Below, piece after piece: positions 10,100 through 19,098 of a DNA stretch of 64,000 nucleotides; position 1 is the first letter of the stretch, and each line of letters opens with the position of its first letter. Position numbers and translations under genes: made by a program. This stretch comes from a virus. The stretch is taken from positions 1 through 64,000 of the IMG/VR virus record IMGVR_UViG_3300017971_000027; one strand, written 5' to 3'. The notes under the pieces are model-generated. The model made no database searches, was not told the origin of the DNA, and worked only from the letters and a program-made list of their open reading frames with translations.

Positions 10100-10836
10100 T
10101 TTTTTTGCATCCTCGCAACGTATTCGGAATCTATACCAAACTCGCTAAACACTGATTCCGGTTTCTCGGGTATCTTATTGCGATGTTCTAGTAGGTTCAT
10201 GTCGTCACGATCACACCACACATATGACACATTTGAATCTCCCCTTACAGACAGTATCATTTTTTCCGGTAGCGAATAAATTTCTTTGGCGAGTCCTCTA
10301 AGCTTAAACCCATGCATCAGCCTTACAGCCGATATGAACTCTTCGTAATTGCTATAACATGACCGTGGGAATATTTTAGTCACAGTCTGAGGGTAGAAGT
10401 CTTGATAGTTCAACCGGTATAGCGTATCGGTTGGTTGATGCCAGCACAACCATCTGTGGAACGACAACGCAACAATATGATCGTTTTTTAATCGTTCAGT
10501 TTCCGATATAACATACTTAAACGCATCTTTATGGTATGCATCGTCGGAATCTATTCTGCTTACGGCGATATGGTCTGGATTATCTTGCACCAAGCTTTCC
10601 CACACAGCATACCCGTTATCGTATACCAGTGTGATGTTGTCGAGCGTAGCAAGCTCATCGGTGAGTACCTTATTCTTGTTCCCACAGAACAACCATATTT
10701 CAGGAGGTTCGTCCTGTTGCATGATACTGTTGTAACAGCTATGCACAAACATATGGATACGAGTTTTAACCCACGCTGCCGGTGGGCCATAGTCGCGATC
10801 AAGCGTAAACGGAATATAAACTACATGTTTAGTCAT
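10096..10836 (-). CDS. putative glycosyltransferase (rhamnosyltransferase-like)
   Basis: R..MF...C..SI..Q and SRIDSDDA motifs. Confidence 0.7.
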   Translation of the reverse strand: MTKHVVYIPFTLDRDYGPPAAWVKTRIHMFVHSCYNSIMQQDEPPEIWLFCGNKNKVLTDELATLDNITLVYDNGYAVWESLVQDNPDHIAVSRIDSDDAYHKDAFKYVISETERLKNDHIVALSFHRWLCWHQPTDTLYRLNYQDFYPQTVTKIFPRSCYSNYEEFISAVRLMHGFKLRGLAKEIYSLPEKMILSVRGDSNVSYVWCDRDDMNLLEHRNKIPEKPESVFSEFGIDSEYVARMQKK

Positions 10837-11945
10837 ATGAAATTGATGTGCTTCGGGTCGGAAGATATGCAGTAGTTAATGAAGTGGTTTTTGTTCTCGT
10901 ACATGCATGGAATTCTACATGCCCACATAGGAGAATGGTTTATGAACATACCGCGCTTCTCTCGACTCTCCCACAGCTCCTTGTAAGTTTGGTCCTTGAT
11001 AGAACCGACCAAGCCTTTCTTGTTATAGGCCAATGTGCAACAGGTGTACACGTTGTAATCCGCACCGACGTAGGATATGAGATCTTTGCTCGGACACCTG
11101 CCGTAATCCTGCGTCCCGTCGAACATGTCGTGGATACGGTCGTCGAAGAGGTTGAACACATGGAAATAGTCGTCGGACAGCTCTTGTGCAGCTTGTGCTA
11201 AATCGTGAGCCTCGTCAAAAAACGGCTTGAAGTACGCTGCACCTTGTGGTACGAACGCTGCTGAGATGCGGAGGTTGTCGACTCCAATATCTTTGAACAG
11301 GCGAGCTGCTTGGACTATTTCGCTGTAGTTCTCTTTGACAACAACGAACCCGATACCGATGATGTTCTTGTTCTTATACTCAACCAGTTTCTCGACGTTG
11401 CTGACTACTTTGTCAAACTCGTTCGGGCCGGTGTTACGAAGTGCCGAATAGGTTTCGCTGTTGCCTGAATCCACCGAGACGCGAACCCATGAACTGTCAG
11501 CGAGGATAGCGCACATGTCCGGTGTGAGTCTGGACCCATTTGTAACAAGTGCCAAATCGAGTTCGCTGTTGAGTATGTAGTCAAAGATATGCGTGATGTC
11601 TGGATGGACTAAAGGTTCACCACCACCGGTCACATGGATAGCTTTCCCGCCCATCTCAGCGAAACAATCGACTGTCTCATAAACCTTCAACGTGTCCAAC
11701 ATCTGGCGCGGATCGAATATCTGGCTAGACGGACTGCCCTTGATCCGGTACGCGCAAAAACTGCACCCTTGGTTACACACGTTCGATGGCACCAGTTGAA
11801 TCTGTATCGGCACCGTTTGTTCGCCCCGTTTTAATTGTTCAAGTCTATCGCAATGATGAACAATCTTGTAAGGGCTGTATTCATCTTTAATCAAGTGGCC
11901 ACACCTTTCCGTCTTTTTTCCGCTGCTCCAGCTTGCCGAAGTCAA
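10833..11945 (-). CDS. radical SAM protein with SPASM/twitch domain
   Basis: CNQGCSFC (Cx3Cx2C), GGGEP, TNG, RVSVD; C-terminal C...VY.CC...G.I...W...C...C. Start uncertain. Confidence 0.92.
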   Translation of the reverse strand: MTSASWSSGKKTERCGHLIKDEYSPYKIVHHCDRLEQLKRGEQTVPIQIQLVPSNVCNQGCSFCAYRIKGSPSSQIFDPRQMLDTLKVYETVDCFAEMGGKAIHVTGGGEPLVHPDITHIFDYILNSELDLALVTNGSRLTPDMCAILADSSWVRVSVDSGNSETYSALRNTGPNEFDKVVSNVEKLVEYKNKNIIGIGFVVVKENYSEIVQAARLFKDIGVDNLRISAAFVPQGAAYFKPFFDEAHDLAQAAQELSDDYFHVFNLFDDRIHDMFDGTQDYGRCPSKDLISYVGADYNVYTCCTLAYNKKGLVGSIKDQTYKELWESREKRGMFINHSPMWACRIPCMYENKNHFINYCISSDPKHINFI

Positions 11946-12561
11946 AGGGTTTTTTCATCCTCGCGTCCCAATGAGTCTGGTCAATATCGCCATCATCTTT
12001 GCGAGGCACCTTGTGATGTACTTCCGAGTCGGGACTCTGGAAGAATTTGTCATACTTTTCTGCCAGCCACAAAATCTCAGGGCAGGCGAAATGGAAATAG
12101 TCTGGATTGTACAACCATCTGTTCGGGTACCGGTCGAGGAACTTAGCTCCGACCAGACATACGCCGGTCTTGTGAAACTTGTTCGGCTCTTGCGTAAACC
12201 CGATCACGCCGTCACCGTCGGGGAACTTCTCGTTCATCCACCATCGCGCCATCTCGATACTGTTCATGTGAAACTCGACGTCGTCGGTCGCCATCAGTGC
12301 GCTATCGAGCACGAGATGTTGGGTCGCCCAGTTTCGGCAGTGGACAGAGCCGGAATGCTGCTGGATCAGTGCTGAGAATCTATTCGGTCTCTGGATGGTG
12401 CTGTAACCAAACTCAAGCATCAACCGTTCGTGGGTGATACCATCAGCATCACATACAACACAGACCTTAATCCAGTCATGCGCCGGTATACTGTCAAGAC
12501 ACCGCACCAGCTTGTCCCACCGGTTGCGGGTCGGAATCACTATAAGTACTTCGTTTACCAT
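11887..12561 (-). CDS. GT2 family glycosyltransferase
   Basis: Likely start MVNE at 12561; IVIPTRNR, VCD and TDD motifs. Confidence 0.8.
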   Translation of the reverse strand: MVNEVLIVIPTRNRWDKLVRCLDSIPAHDWIKVCVVCDADGITHERLMLEFGYSTIQRPNRFSALIQQHSGSVHCRNWATQHLVLDSALMATDDVEFHMNSIEMARWWMNEKFPDGDGVIGFTQEPNKFHKTGVCLVGAKFLDRYPNRWLYNPDYFHFACPEILWLAEKYDKFFQSPDSEVHHKVPRKDDGDIDQTHWDARMKKPFDFGKLEQRKKDGKVWPLD

Positions 12562-13235
12562 CCGTAGTCCACTCCGAGCAGATCGTACAGTTCTTGGTTT
12601 GGTTTTCTGTAGAAGTCTTCTGCGATTTCCCTGATATCTTCCGGCATTGGAAACTTCTCTCGACCAACGCCTGCACACGGGTCGACGACAGGGTAATGTT
12701 TATGTTCGATTGCGTAAAGATCCAGTTTCCAGAATATGTTTTTCATGACTTTGCCTGTGAGAATGTAGAACGCCTCGCTCGGGTAGATCATGAAATGGTC
12801 ACGTTTGAAATGCGTGAACCATAACTTGAGATGTTGCGCATAAAGACCTTGCTGGTATGGCTCAATACTTGTATCAGTCATATCGCCAAAATCAACATCC
12901 TTGCACATGCGACGACGACAGTAGTGGCTCCATACCCTCTCAACCGGATCGCGTAGCAGCACGATGAATTTTGGGTCGTCGATATCTGCTTTCAACCGTT
13001 CAGGCACCCAGTCTCTCACAAGATAATGTGGAGTTGCCTCGACAATGTATCTCTCGCCGTTCGCGTTAAATCGTGCCTTATAGTAATCGATACCATTGTC
13101 ATAATAGGAGTCGTAGTAGTGCGTCTCTTTCGGATTTGAACCTGATATTTCAGGATGCTCGCAAAGGTACTGGAACATCGAGCTGGTCCCGCCACGCTGG
13201 ACGCCAAGCACGAATAGGTTAGGTAAGCCGTTCAT
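12555..13235 (-). CDS. PAPS-dependent sulfotransferase (heparan-sulfate O-sulfotransferase-like)
   Basis: 5'-PSB loop GVQRGGTSS, HP, KETHY, EATP.Y; 3'-PB motif LRDPVERVWS.Y. Confidence 0.92.
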   Translation of the reverse strand: MNGLPNLFVLGVQRGGTSSMFQYLCEHPEISGSNPKETHYYDSYYDNGIDYYKARFNANGERYIVEATPHYLVRDWVPERLKADIDDPKFIVLLRDPVERVWSHYCRRRMCKDVDFGDMTDTSIEPYQQGLYAQHLKLWFTHFKRDHFMIYPSEAFYILTGKVMKNIFWKLDLYAIEHKHYPVVDPCAGVGREKFPMPEDIREIAEDFYRKPNQELYDLLGVDYGW

Positions 13236-13839
13236 ATATCTCTACACCGACACAGTTATTAGGTCGTCTGACCTTCTTTGTGAGTCGTTCCATCTTCGGC
13301 GGTCTGAACTCGAGATAGTCGTAGACCGGCATCATGGCGTCGAGCGGTTGTGTTACAAGATGCTCGAATTCTAATATAACGCCACCGTGTATGTTAACAA
13401 ACTTCGCCCACTTGCGATACATCGCCATTGTTATGTCGTAATGGGCTTTCGTTGAGACTACTCCGCGTTCGGTTTTATTATCCAGCTTAAACAACGATGA
13501 ATACACGTCAGACAAATGTCTCACGATAAACACATATCGAGCCTTTGGAAACCGCATCGGAATCTTGTGAATGTCGAACGCTTCTGTCGACGCATTGAAC
13601 GCGAACTTGGCCCCGCTGTTTCTGGGAAGCTCGTTGAACCGTTTTAGGATTGACTGAACTTCAGGAACCTTCTCGTACCGTCGAATCTCGGCCACGTATA
13701 TCGCGAACCAAAGTTCATGTGGCTCGAAGAGTATGGTCCCGCAGTCAGGAGACATCTGCACGAGTTCACGAAGGATGGTCGTTCCACCTCGCCGTGGCCC
13801 TATTATGAATATCGGGTTGTCGTTCATTTGTCCACTCAC
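13219..13839 (-). CDS. sulfotransferase (Sulfotransfer_3-like)
   Basis: PIFIIGPRRGGTT, FEP, FPKARYVFIVRH..DV.SS, FE.LV..P motifs. Confidence 0.88.
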   Translation of the reverse strand: MSGQMNDNPIFIIGPRRGGTTILRELVQMSPDCGTILFEPHELWFAIYVAEIRRYEKVPEVQSILKRFNELPRNSGAKFAFNASTEAFDIHKIPMRFPKARYVFIVRHLSDVYSSLFKLDNKTERGVVSTKAHYDITMAMYRKWAKFVNIHGGVILEFEHLVTQPLDAMMPVYDYLEFRPPKMERLTKKVRRPNNCVGVEIYERLT

Positions 13840-15212
13840 TGGTATCTCAGTTTTCGTGAAGCCTGTTTTTGCTGCACCACAGTCTTACCTTCGCCCATCT
13901 GATCGGTTCTGCAATATGGCTCTGGCAAAACCATCGTCCGTATAGTGTCAAATTTAGTTTCTAAGACACTTTCTAGGTTCTTCTGACCCCACGGTACGTC
14001 TTGGTTGTCTATGTTCTTAGCGTTCAATTCTGTCCACTCGTCAATCAGGTCGCGAACATGCGGTTCGTTGACTAATAACAGCGTTCCAGACATTAGTTCG
14101 CGGCCTCGACGATCAGGCCAATCGTGATAATGGACAGCCAGATCGTAGTCTGGATTATCAAACAGATCAGGATAAGCGAGAAGCTCAGAATCAGCGTCAA
14201 GCCATAGAATGTTCCTGCCAGAATGTTTTTTAAGCATCTCGGCCAGAAACGAGGCTTTGTGGTACGTGTTCGCTTTCCACGACCCACGCGATGGGATTTC
14301 CTGTACATCGGTCTCCAGTCCAAACTTGATAGCCGACTGTTCCATCACATCAGCAAACTTCTTATACTCATTGCTAGTGTAATATGACACTACAATCGGT
14401 CTCTCGGGTTTACTTGTGATTTCAGTATCCCAGTCTGACAGCCTGAAACATTTGAGCGATGATTCGGGGTTAAGGTTAACGATATCAGCTCGGGCCTTCG
14501 CAGATTCCGAATACTTATTGAAATTTGTTACGAACTGTTTATAGACAGCGGAATCCTGACGTTGTGGGTAACCGGAATGGAAATGTTCCTGTTTCTCGCC
14601 TTGTTTCGAGTGTAGGTCAAATCCCAACATATAGATTGGATTTGCACCAAGGTTCAGCGCGATGTTCAATGCGCCGAGACCTGAGTTGCCACCATGAAGG
14701 ATACCTTCGCTGAACTTCTCGGTCAGCTTTTCTTTGTTGGCTTGTAGAACTATTGTGTTACGTGGAATTCTTTCAGTGCCGTCACGCATGTAGACTATCG
14801 GACAACGAAGATCCATGTACTTTTGCTTGATAATCCTTGCCTGAATCTTGTCTTCCGCCGTCGGGAGCTTCGACCCTTCAGACCGATACATAAGCTCTTT
14901 GTCGATCCAATTAAAATACCTGCTGTCCATACCAAACATGATGCTTGGAGGAAACGTCTCGTAAGACCGGTTAATACCGATTACGAGTTCACCTTTCAAA
15001 AGTTCCCAGTCGAATCCTTCGAGGCTCTTACCGCCCCCGACAACGAAACACCGCCTCCCTTCCCACATTCCGTCCCATATCTTACCGACAGGGTTTTGCC
15101 GTGGTTTAAGTGGCGGTGGTGCTTTGAGGACAGAAACTTCAGGATTCACTCTGTGCTTTACTTTCGTTCTTGGCATAAGCTTGGAATACTGTCTTTTACG
15201 AGCGGGTATCAT
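13836..15212 (-). CDS. DUF115/Maf-like domain fused to a GT-A nucleotide-diphospho-sugar transferase
   Basis: CFVVGGG.SL, IGIN, NSG..A.N.A..LGA.PIY.LGFD; C-terminal K..FL...L...ILWLDAD. Confidence 0.75.
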   Translation of the reverse strand: MIPARKRQYSKLMPRTKVKHRVNPEVSVLKAPPPLKPRQNPVGKIWDGMWEGRRCFVVGGGKSLEGFDWELLKGELVIGINRSYETFPPSIMFGMDSRYFNWIDKELMYRSEGSKLPTAEDKIQARIIKQKYMDLRCPIVYMRDGTERIPRNTIVLQANKEKLTEKFSEGILHGGNSGLGALNIALNLGANPIYMLGFDLHSKQGEKQEHFHSGYPQRQDSAVYKQFVTNFNKYSESAKARADIVNLNPESSLKCFRLSDWDTEITSKPERPIVVSYYTSNEYKKFADVMEQSAIKFGLETDVQEIPSRGSWKANTYHKASFLAEMLKKHSGRNILWLDADSELLAYPDLFDNPDYDLAVHYHDWPDRRGRELMSGTLLLVNEPHVRDLIDEWTELNAKNIDNQDVPWGQKNLESVLETKFDTIRTMVLPEPYCRTDQMGEGKTVVQQKQASRKLRYQ

Positions 15213-15213
15213 A

Positions 15214-15888
15214 CTACTCCGAATCGAATTTGAAACCTTCTCCGAATTCTCGATAACTCTTGAGCGCGTTGGCAGCTTTCAGACTTATAGGTATATCGCC
15301 AGCCATCACGTAACGCTCTTTTACGATACCAGCCCACGAGACGCCCATAGCTTGTAGAGCGGGTCGCTGATCAATGCCCTGTTCGTGTTGCATACGCATC
15401 AATGCTTGTTCACAGACCGCTGTCTTGATCTGGTCAGGCACTGTTCCACCAGAAGCCGTATTCGGCAATATCCATTTGCCTGCATCGATAAGGTCGCGCT
15501 GGGCGGTAGTGAGAATCTTAGCATGGCTTGCCCCCGAAGTCCACCAATCGTCCGCGCCGTAACGTCTTTGCATATACGCATCGGCTACCGCGTCAGTAAC
15601 CCATTGAGTGTTGTGGGTCAGGGTGCCGGTCGTGAACGTAATTGTACCGCTGTTATCTGCCTCGATTGAATAAGCGTAGTTTAACCCTTCTTCAGGAACG
15701 GTAAACGTGTATTCATATATACCTGTCGCGACCCACGTCATACCCGCACCATCGGCAACTACGACAGCGTTTGTATCGGATCGTTTTACACCGTAGTCGC
15801 CACCTGAATCAGATAGCACTATCGAGTCAGCGTCAGTGTTGACAGCTGCAACTTGATTGGTATGTCGTATTGTCCATGTTGTAGGCAT
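15214..15888 (-). CDS. head-tail adaptor with N-terminal beta/Ig-like extension
   Basis: WVT...ADAY...R, VP.QIK.A.CEQAL (gp15/DnaT-like adaptor pattern). Confidence 0.7.
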   Translation of the reverse strand: MPTTWTIRHTNQVAAVNTDADSIVLSDSGGDYGVKRSDTNAVVVADGAGMTWVATGIYEYTFTVPEEGLNYAYSIEADNSGTITFTTGTLTHNTQWVTDAVADAYMQRRYGADDWWTSGASHAKILTTAQRDLIDAGKWILPNTASGGTVPDQIKTAVCEQALMRMQHEQGIDQRPALQAMGVSWAGIVKERYVMAGDIPISLKAANALKSYREFGEGFKFDSE

Positions 15889-15897
15889 CGTTCATTC

Positions 15898-16098
15898 CTA
15901 TTGCGGGTTGCCGTCTTTCTTGAATTCTTCACACACGTCGGGGTTGCTGCCGATAACTTTTGGGAAATGCGCGATCATCGGGCTTGTGACAACGCTCGGC
16001 GGTGGTAGTTCGCTGGGATGCGATGCTATACAGTAGCCCCACTTCTCAGTGCATCTAACGTAATAGTCGCAGTCACTGCACTTCCAAGGTGCAGCCAT
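15898..16098 (-). CDS. small Cys-rich hypothetical protein
   Basis: CxxC...C..HP...FP.V....C.EF; RBS GGGGGTGG. Confidence 0.6.
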   Translation of the reverse strand: MAAPWKCSDCDYYVRCTEKWGYCIASHPSELPPPSVVTSPMIAHFPKVIGSNPDVCEEFKKDGNPQ

Positions 16099-16128
16099 CT
16101 ACACCACCCCCTTAAAAGTTTGTTTCTG

Positions 16129-16536
16129 TTAGCTCAAAACTGTGTATATAATGTCGCACACCCAAGTCTTTGCTGCGTCAGCTGAAGGTGCGGTCCACGC
16201 TACCGTAACTGTCTCGCCAGATGGAATGACAATCGGTCGCGTCGGCTGGAACTGGTAACCGGATAGGCCTGTCATATCCTGAGCTGCAACGAGCGGGATC
16301 GTGTACGTTACAGATCCGACCGTTCTGCCAGCCGTGATAGTCAGGTTACCGGATGTCAATGCAGCACTCGCGCCAACCCAAATCTGGTCAATCGAAAAGC
16401 AGTTGTTGGCCTGCGGTGCCGAAAGGCTGACCGTCGCACTGATGTCGCCGGTACCGTTCGTTCTCTTGATCTTCGTAGGCGCAGCTTCTCTTGGAGTGCG
16501 TTGTTGCGGAATGTTATCCGTGATTGAAGCAGCCAT
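16129..16536 (-). CDS. virion structural/decoration protein
   Basis: Thr/Ala/Ser-rich beta protein downstream of the capsid gene; RBS AAGGA. Confidence 0.55.
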   Translation of the reverse strand: MAASITDNIPQQRTPREAAPTKIKRTNGTGDISATVSLSAPQANNCFSIDQIWVGASAALTSGNLTITAGRTVGSVTYTIPLVAAQDMTGLSGYQFQPTRPIVIPSGETVTVAWTAPSADAAKTWVCDIIYTVLS

Positions 16537-16558
16537 TTGTTTCCTTTCTTCTACGTTT

Positions 16559-16597
16559 GAGCCGAGGCAAGGCGGTGCGAGACCTCACCTCGGCTCT
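16559..16597 (-). terminator. intergenic hairpin
   Basis: GAGCCGAGG...CCTCGGCTC 9-bp stem; no strong U tract. Confidence 0.4.
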
Positions 16598-16627
16598 TCT
16601 CCACATCTTTCAGGCTAGTTGGTTAGG

Positions 16628-17248
16628 CTAACCCCTTGATGGAGCTGTGGAGCGGACGTAAAGGTTCAGCAATTTTGAACCATCCGGTGTACCAGCAATA
16701 GCGTATGTATTTTTGGTTACCGAGATTGTTCCCGCATCTGCTGCGCCGTTAAAGTTACTGATTAAGACGTCGCCAGAACGTGCAATCGACTGGCCAAGTC
16801 CGTAAGTTTTTGCGAATCCGAGGATGTATGTATCGGAACTGTCTGCTGCCGTGCCACCGGTCTTTGTGAACGTGATCGAGACGAGCGAACAGAACGCTTG
16901 CGTAAACGTGCATGTCCAAGTGTTTGAATCGACGCCAGCAACAGTTTCTGTAATTGTCTGGCCAAACTGGTCAACGCCAGTAAGCTCTGCCGAAACAGAG
17001 GTCCATGCAGTTTCACCTGTTGCCACATCGTTTGTGATAACGAGAACCGGACATACCGGATAATACGGAGCCACGGATTTCGTCATTGAAGCAGCTGCCA
17101 GCGTTGTCGTGTCAGCAGCCAACGCGGTCGACGTTTTGAAATAGTCGTCGTCCGCTGCTGGCGGTGCGAATTCAATCGCGTTTACGACACACTGTTTGAA
17201 CGCTTCGCGAATCTTCGGATTGCTGATGTAGGATTTACCTATACCCAT
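16628..17248 (-). CDS. capsid decoration/cement protein
   Basis: Thr/Ala-rich; 'TG.D.FG...TE' motif; immediately after the MCP. Confidence 0.6.
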   Translation of the reverse strand: MGIGKSYISNPKIREAFKQCVVNAIEFAPPAADDDYFKTSTALAADTTTLAAASMTKSVAPYYPVCPVLVITNDVATGETAWTSVSAELTGVDQFGQTITETVAGVDSNTWTCTFTQAFCSLVSITFTKTGGTAADSSDTYILGFAKTYGLGQSIARSGDVLISNFNGAADAGTISVTKNTYAIAGTPDGSKLLNLYVRSTAPSRG

Positions 17249-17349
17249 TGGTTTTACCTTCCTTATTTAGACTCTCATGATGGGAGTATGTGGGGTGAGC
17301 CAGATAGTGACCCACCCCTTGAGTGTTGCGTTAAAGGAGCCAGCTAGGC

Positions 17350-18315
17350 CTATAGAGACGTAGCCAAGTCCTTGATGTATCCGTGCAAGTCGGCATTCGT
17401 ATAGTCGACACCAAACTGGCAATACAACTGTTCGGATTCACCCGCGCCAGTCGTGCCAAGAGGTTCGAAGAATACCGTGCCTTTGCCCGGTACCGGCATG
17501 AACACGGGAGCGATCTTTGCGACGTCAAGCAACGCCAAATCGTCTGTCGCCATTACCGGATCGTAAACTACACCACACGGGCCGATTGTGGGTAGGTTGA
17601 TTGTGCGTAGAGTAACGCCACCAACGTTCCACGAATCAGGCGCATAGCCGTAGATGTCTACGAGCTGCTGGATCTGGAACGCGCCAGCAAAGATAACAGG
17701 AGTCTGCATCGAGCCGGTTTGTCCAAGGACCGCAACTTCGAGCTGGTTCATCAGGTCTTTCGACAAAACGCCACTTGCGCCGTCGATTTCGGTCGAACCA
17801 TCGTTGACCATCGCCGTGATGACACCAGTTGTTTTACCGTTTGTACCCGCTGTTGTCGGGTCGGTACCTGCGCCAAGCAACATCGAGTATTCAAGGTCAA
17901 TAGCGAGCTGCGCTAAGTGAATATCACGCTGCTTCTGCATGTCGCCCATGTTGACCACGCCTTCGCCCACGATAGCTTCCCCGCCAATCGCGTTCATCAT
18001 TGAACGTTTCTTATAGGAGAACGTGAAACGACGCTGGTGCAACTCAATGTAATTGGTTTTCTGTGCTGGTGCATAGATGTCGGACGCTGGGGCCGTCAAC
18101 GATCCAGTTTCAGTCACAGTGTAGGTCTGTGATGCTGCGTCCAACGTGATAAAGTTACCCATAACGAAGGTATCCGTTCCCGTTGTACGTCCACCAGTCA
18201 AACCACCCGTCATCGAAAGCAACGGGGTTTTGCGGTATTGATTACCGATTACAAATAGCTCTCCCGCGTAATTTGGAAGTGCTACAGTGTCGGCATTGCC
18301 GTCTGTGTGAGCCAT
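17350..18315 (-). CDS. major capsid protein (HK97 fold, SU10/DUF5309-like)
   Basis: TPLLSM.G, N..E, D.EY..L.G, T.GV, L..TG....Q and HG.I motifs; follows the scaffold gene. Confidence 0.9.
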   Translation of the reverse strand: MAHTDGNADTVALPNYAGELFVIGNQYRKTPLLSMTGGLTGGRTTGTDTFVMGNFITLDAASQTYTVTETGSLTAPASDIYAPAQKTNYIELHQRRFTFSYKKRSMMNAIGGEAIVGEGVVNMGDMQKQRDIHLAQLAIDLEYSMLLGAGTDPTTAGTNGKTTGVITAMVNDGSTEIDGASGVLSKDLMNQLEVAVLGQTGSMQTPVIFAGAFQIQQLVDIYGYAPDSWNVGGVTLRTINLPTIGPCGVVYDPVMATDDLALLDVAKIAPVFMPVPGKGTVFFEPLGTTGAGESEQLYCQFGVDYTNADLHGYIKDLATSL

Positions 18316-18344
18316 TTTGCTCTATCTCTCAGAACGCGATGACA

Positions 18345-19070
18345 CTAGCCACGCAGCATGGATGGGTTTTTCCGAATGAGTTCTTGCAACTCGTATTTCT
18401 TCATACGAATCTTATCTTGAAGAGTTTGTCTTTCGACCGGATCTGTAGTTGACCACATTTTCTTTTCAAGAGCAGCAATCTCAGCAGACGGATTACCCGC
18501 ACCAACTGCGGTCTCTTCATCGCGAACTTTGCCCTTCGGCGGTGGGTCAGACTTCATTTGTTCTTTGACTTGAGCCTGAACTCTTTCTGTTTCTGACTTC
18601 TTGAAGTCGTCGATCACACCCGAAAGCTCTTCGAGTTCCCCCGGCATCTTCAAGAATATCTTGCGCATTGCGGGGTCCGTAATCTCCTTGTTATCAAGAA
18701 GCTGGTTAATCTGATCTTTTCTGAGGTACTCTGCCAAAGCGTTTTGTGAAGTCTGTGCCTGTTCGCGAAGCTCTGCAATGAGTTCTTTCTCTTTGCCCTC
18801 TTCAAGAAGACGTTTTTCGCGAGCCTCTTTCTTGGCCTGCTCTTTCGCAGCCTTGATTCTCGCTTCCTCTTCTTTCTGGCGAGTTCTGACAGCTTCGTTA
18901 GCCCGTCTGTCGCCCTCGCGCTGTAGCATATCTTCAAGTTTGGCCTTAACATCGTCACGCTCGAAAAAAGCATCAATGTCAATTTCGCCTATTTCCCCGT
19001 TAGTTCCAGCATCCGGCTCGACAGTTTTTGGCGGGTCGTCTACATAGCCCTCTACGTTTGAATCTGGCAT
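18345..19070 (-). CDS. capsid scaffolding protein
   Basis: Charged coiled coil (Q.E.DRR..EA), between portal and MCP. Confidence 0.8.
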   Translation of the reverse strand: MPDSNVEGYVDDPPKTVEPDAGTNGEIGEIDIDAFFERDDVKAKLEDMLQREGDRRANEAVRTRQKEEEARIKAAKEQAKKEAREKRLLEEGKEKELIAELREQAQTSQNALAEYLRKDQINQLLDNKEITDPAMRKIFLKMPGELEELSGVIDDFKKSETERVQAQVKEQMKSDPPPKGKVRDEETAVGAGNPSAEIAALEKKMWSTTDPVERQTLQDKIRMKKYELQELIRKNPSMLRG

Positions 19071-19098
19071 TTTTTATTCCTTACTTCTTACAGCACCT

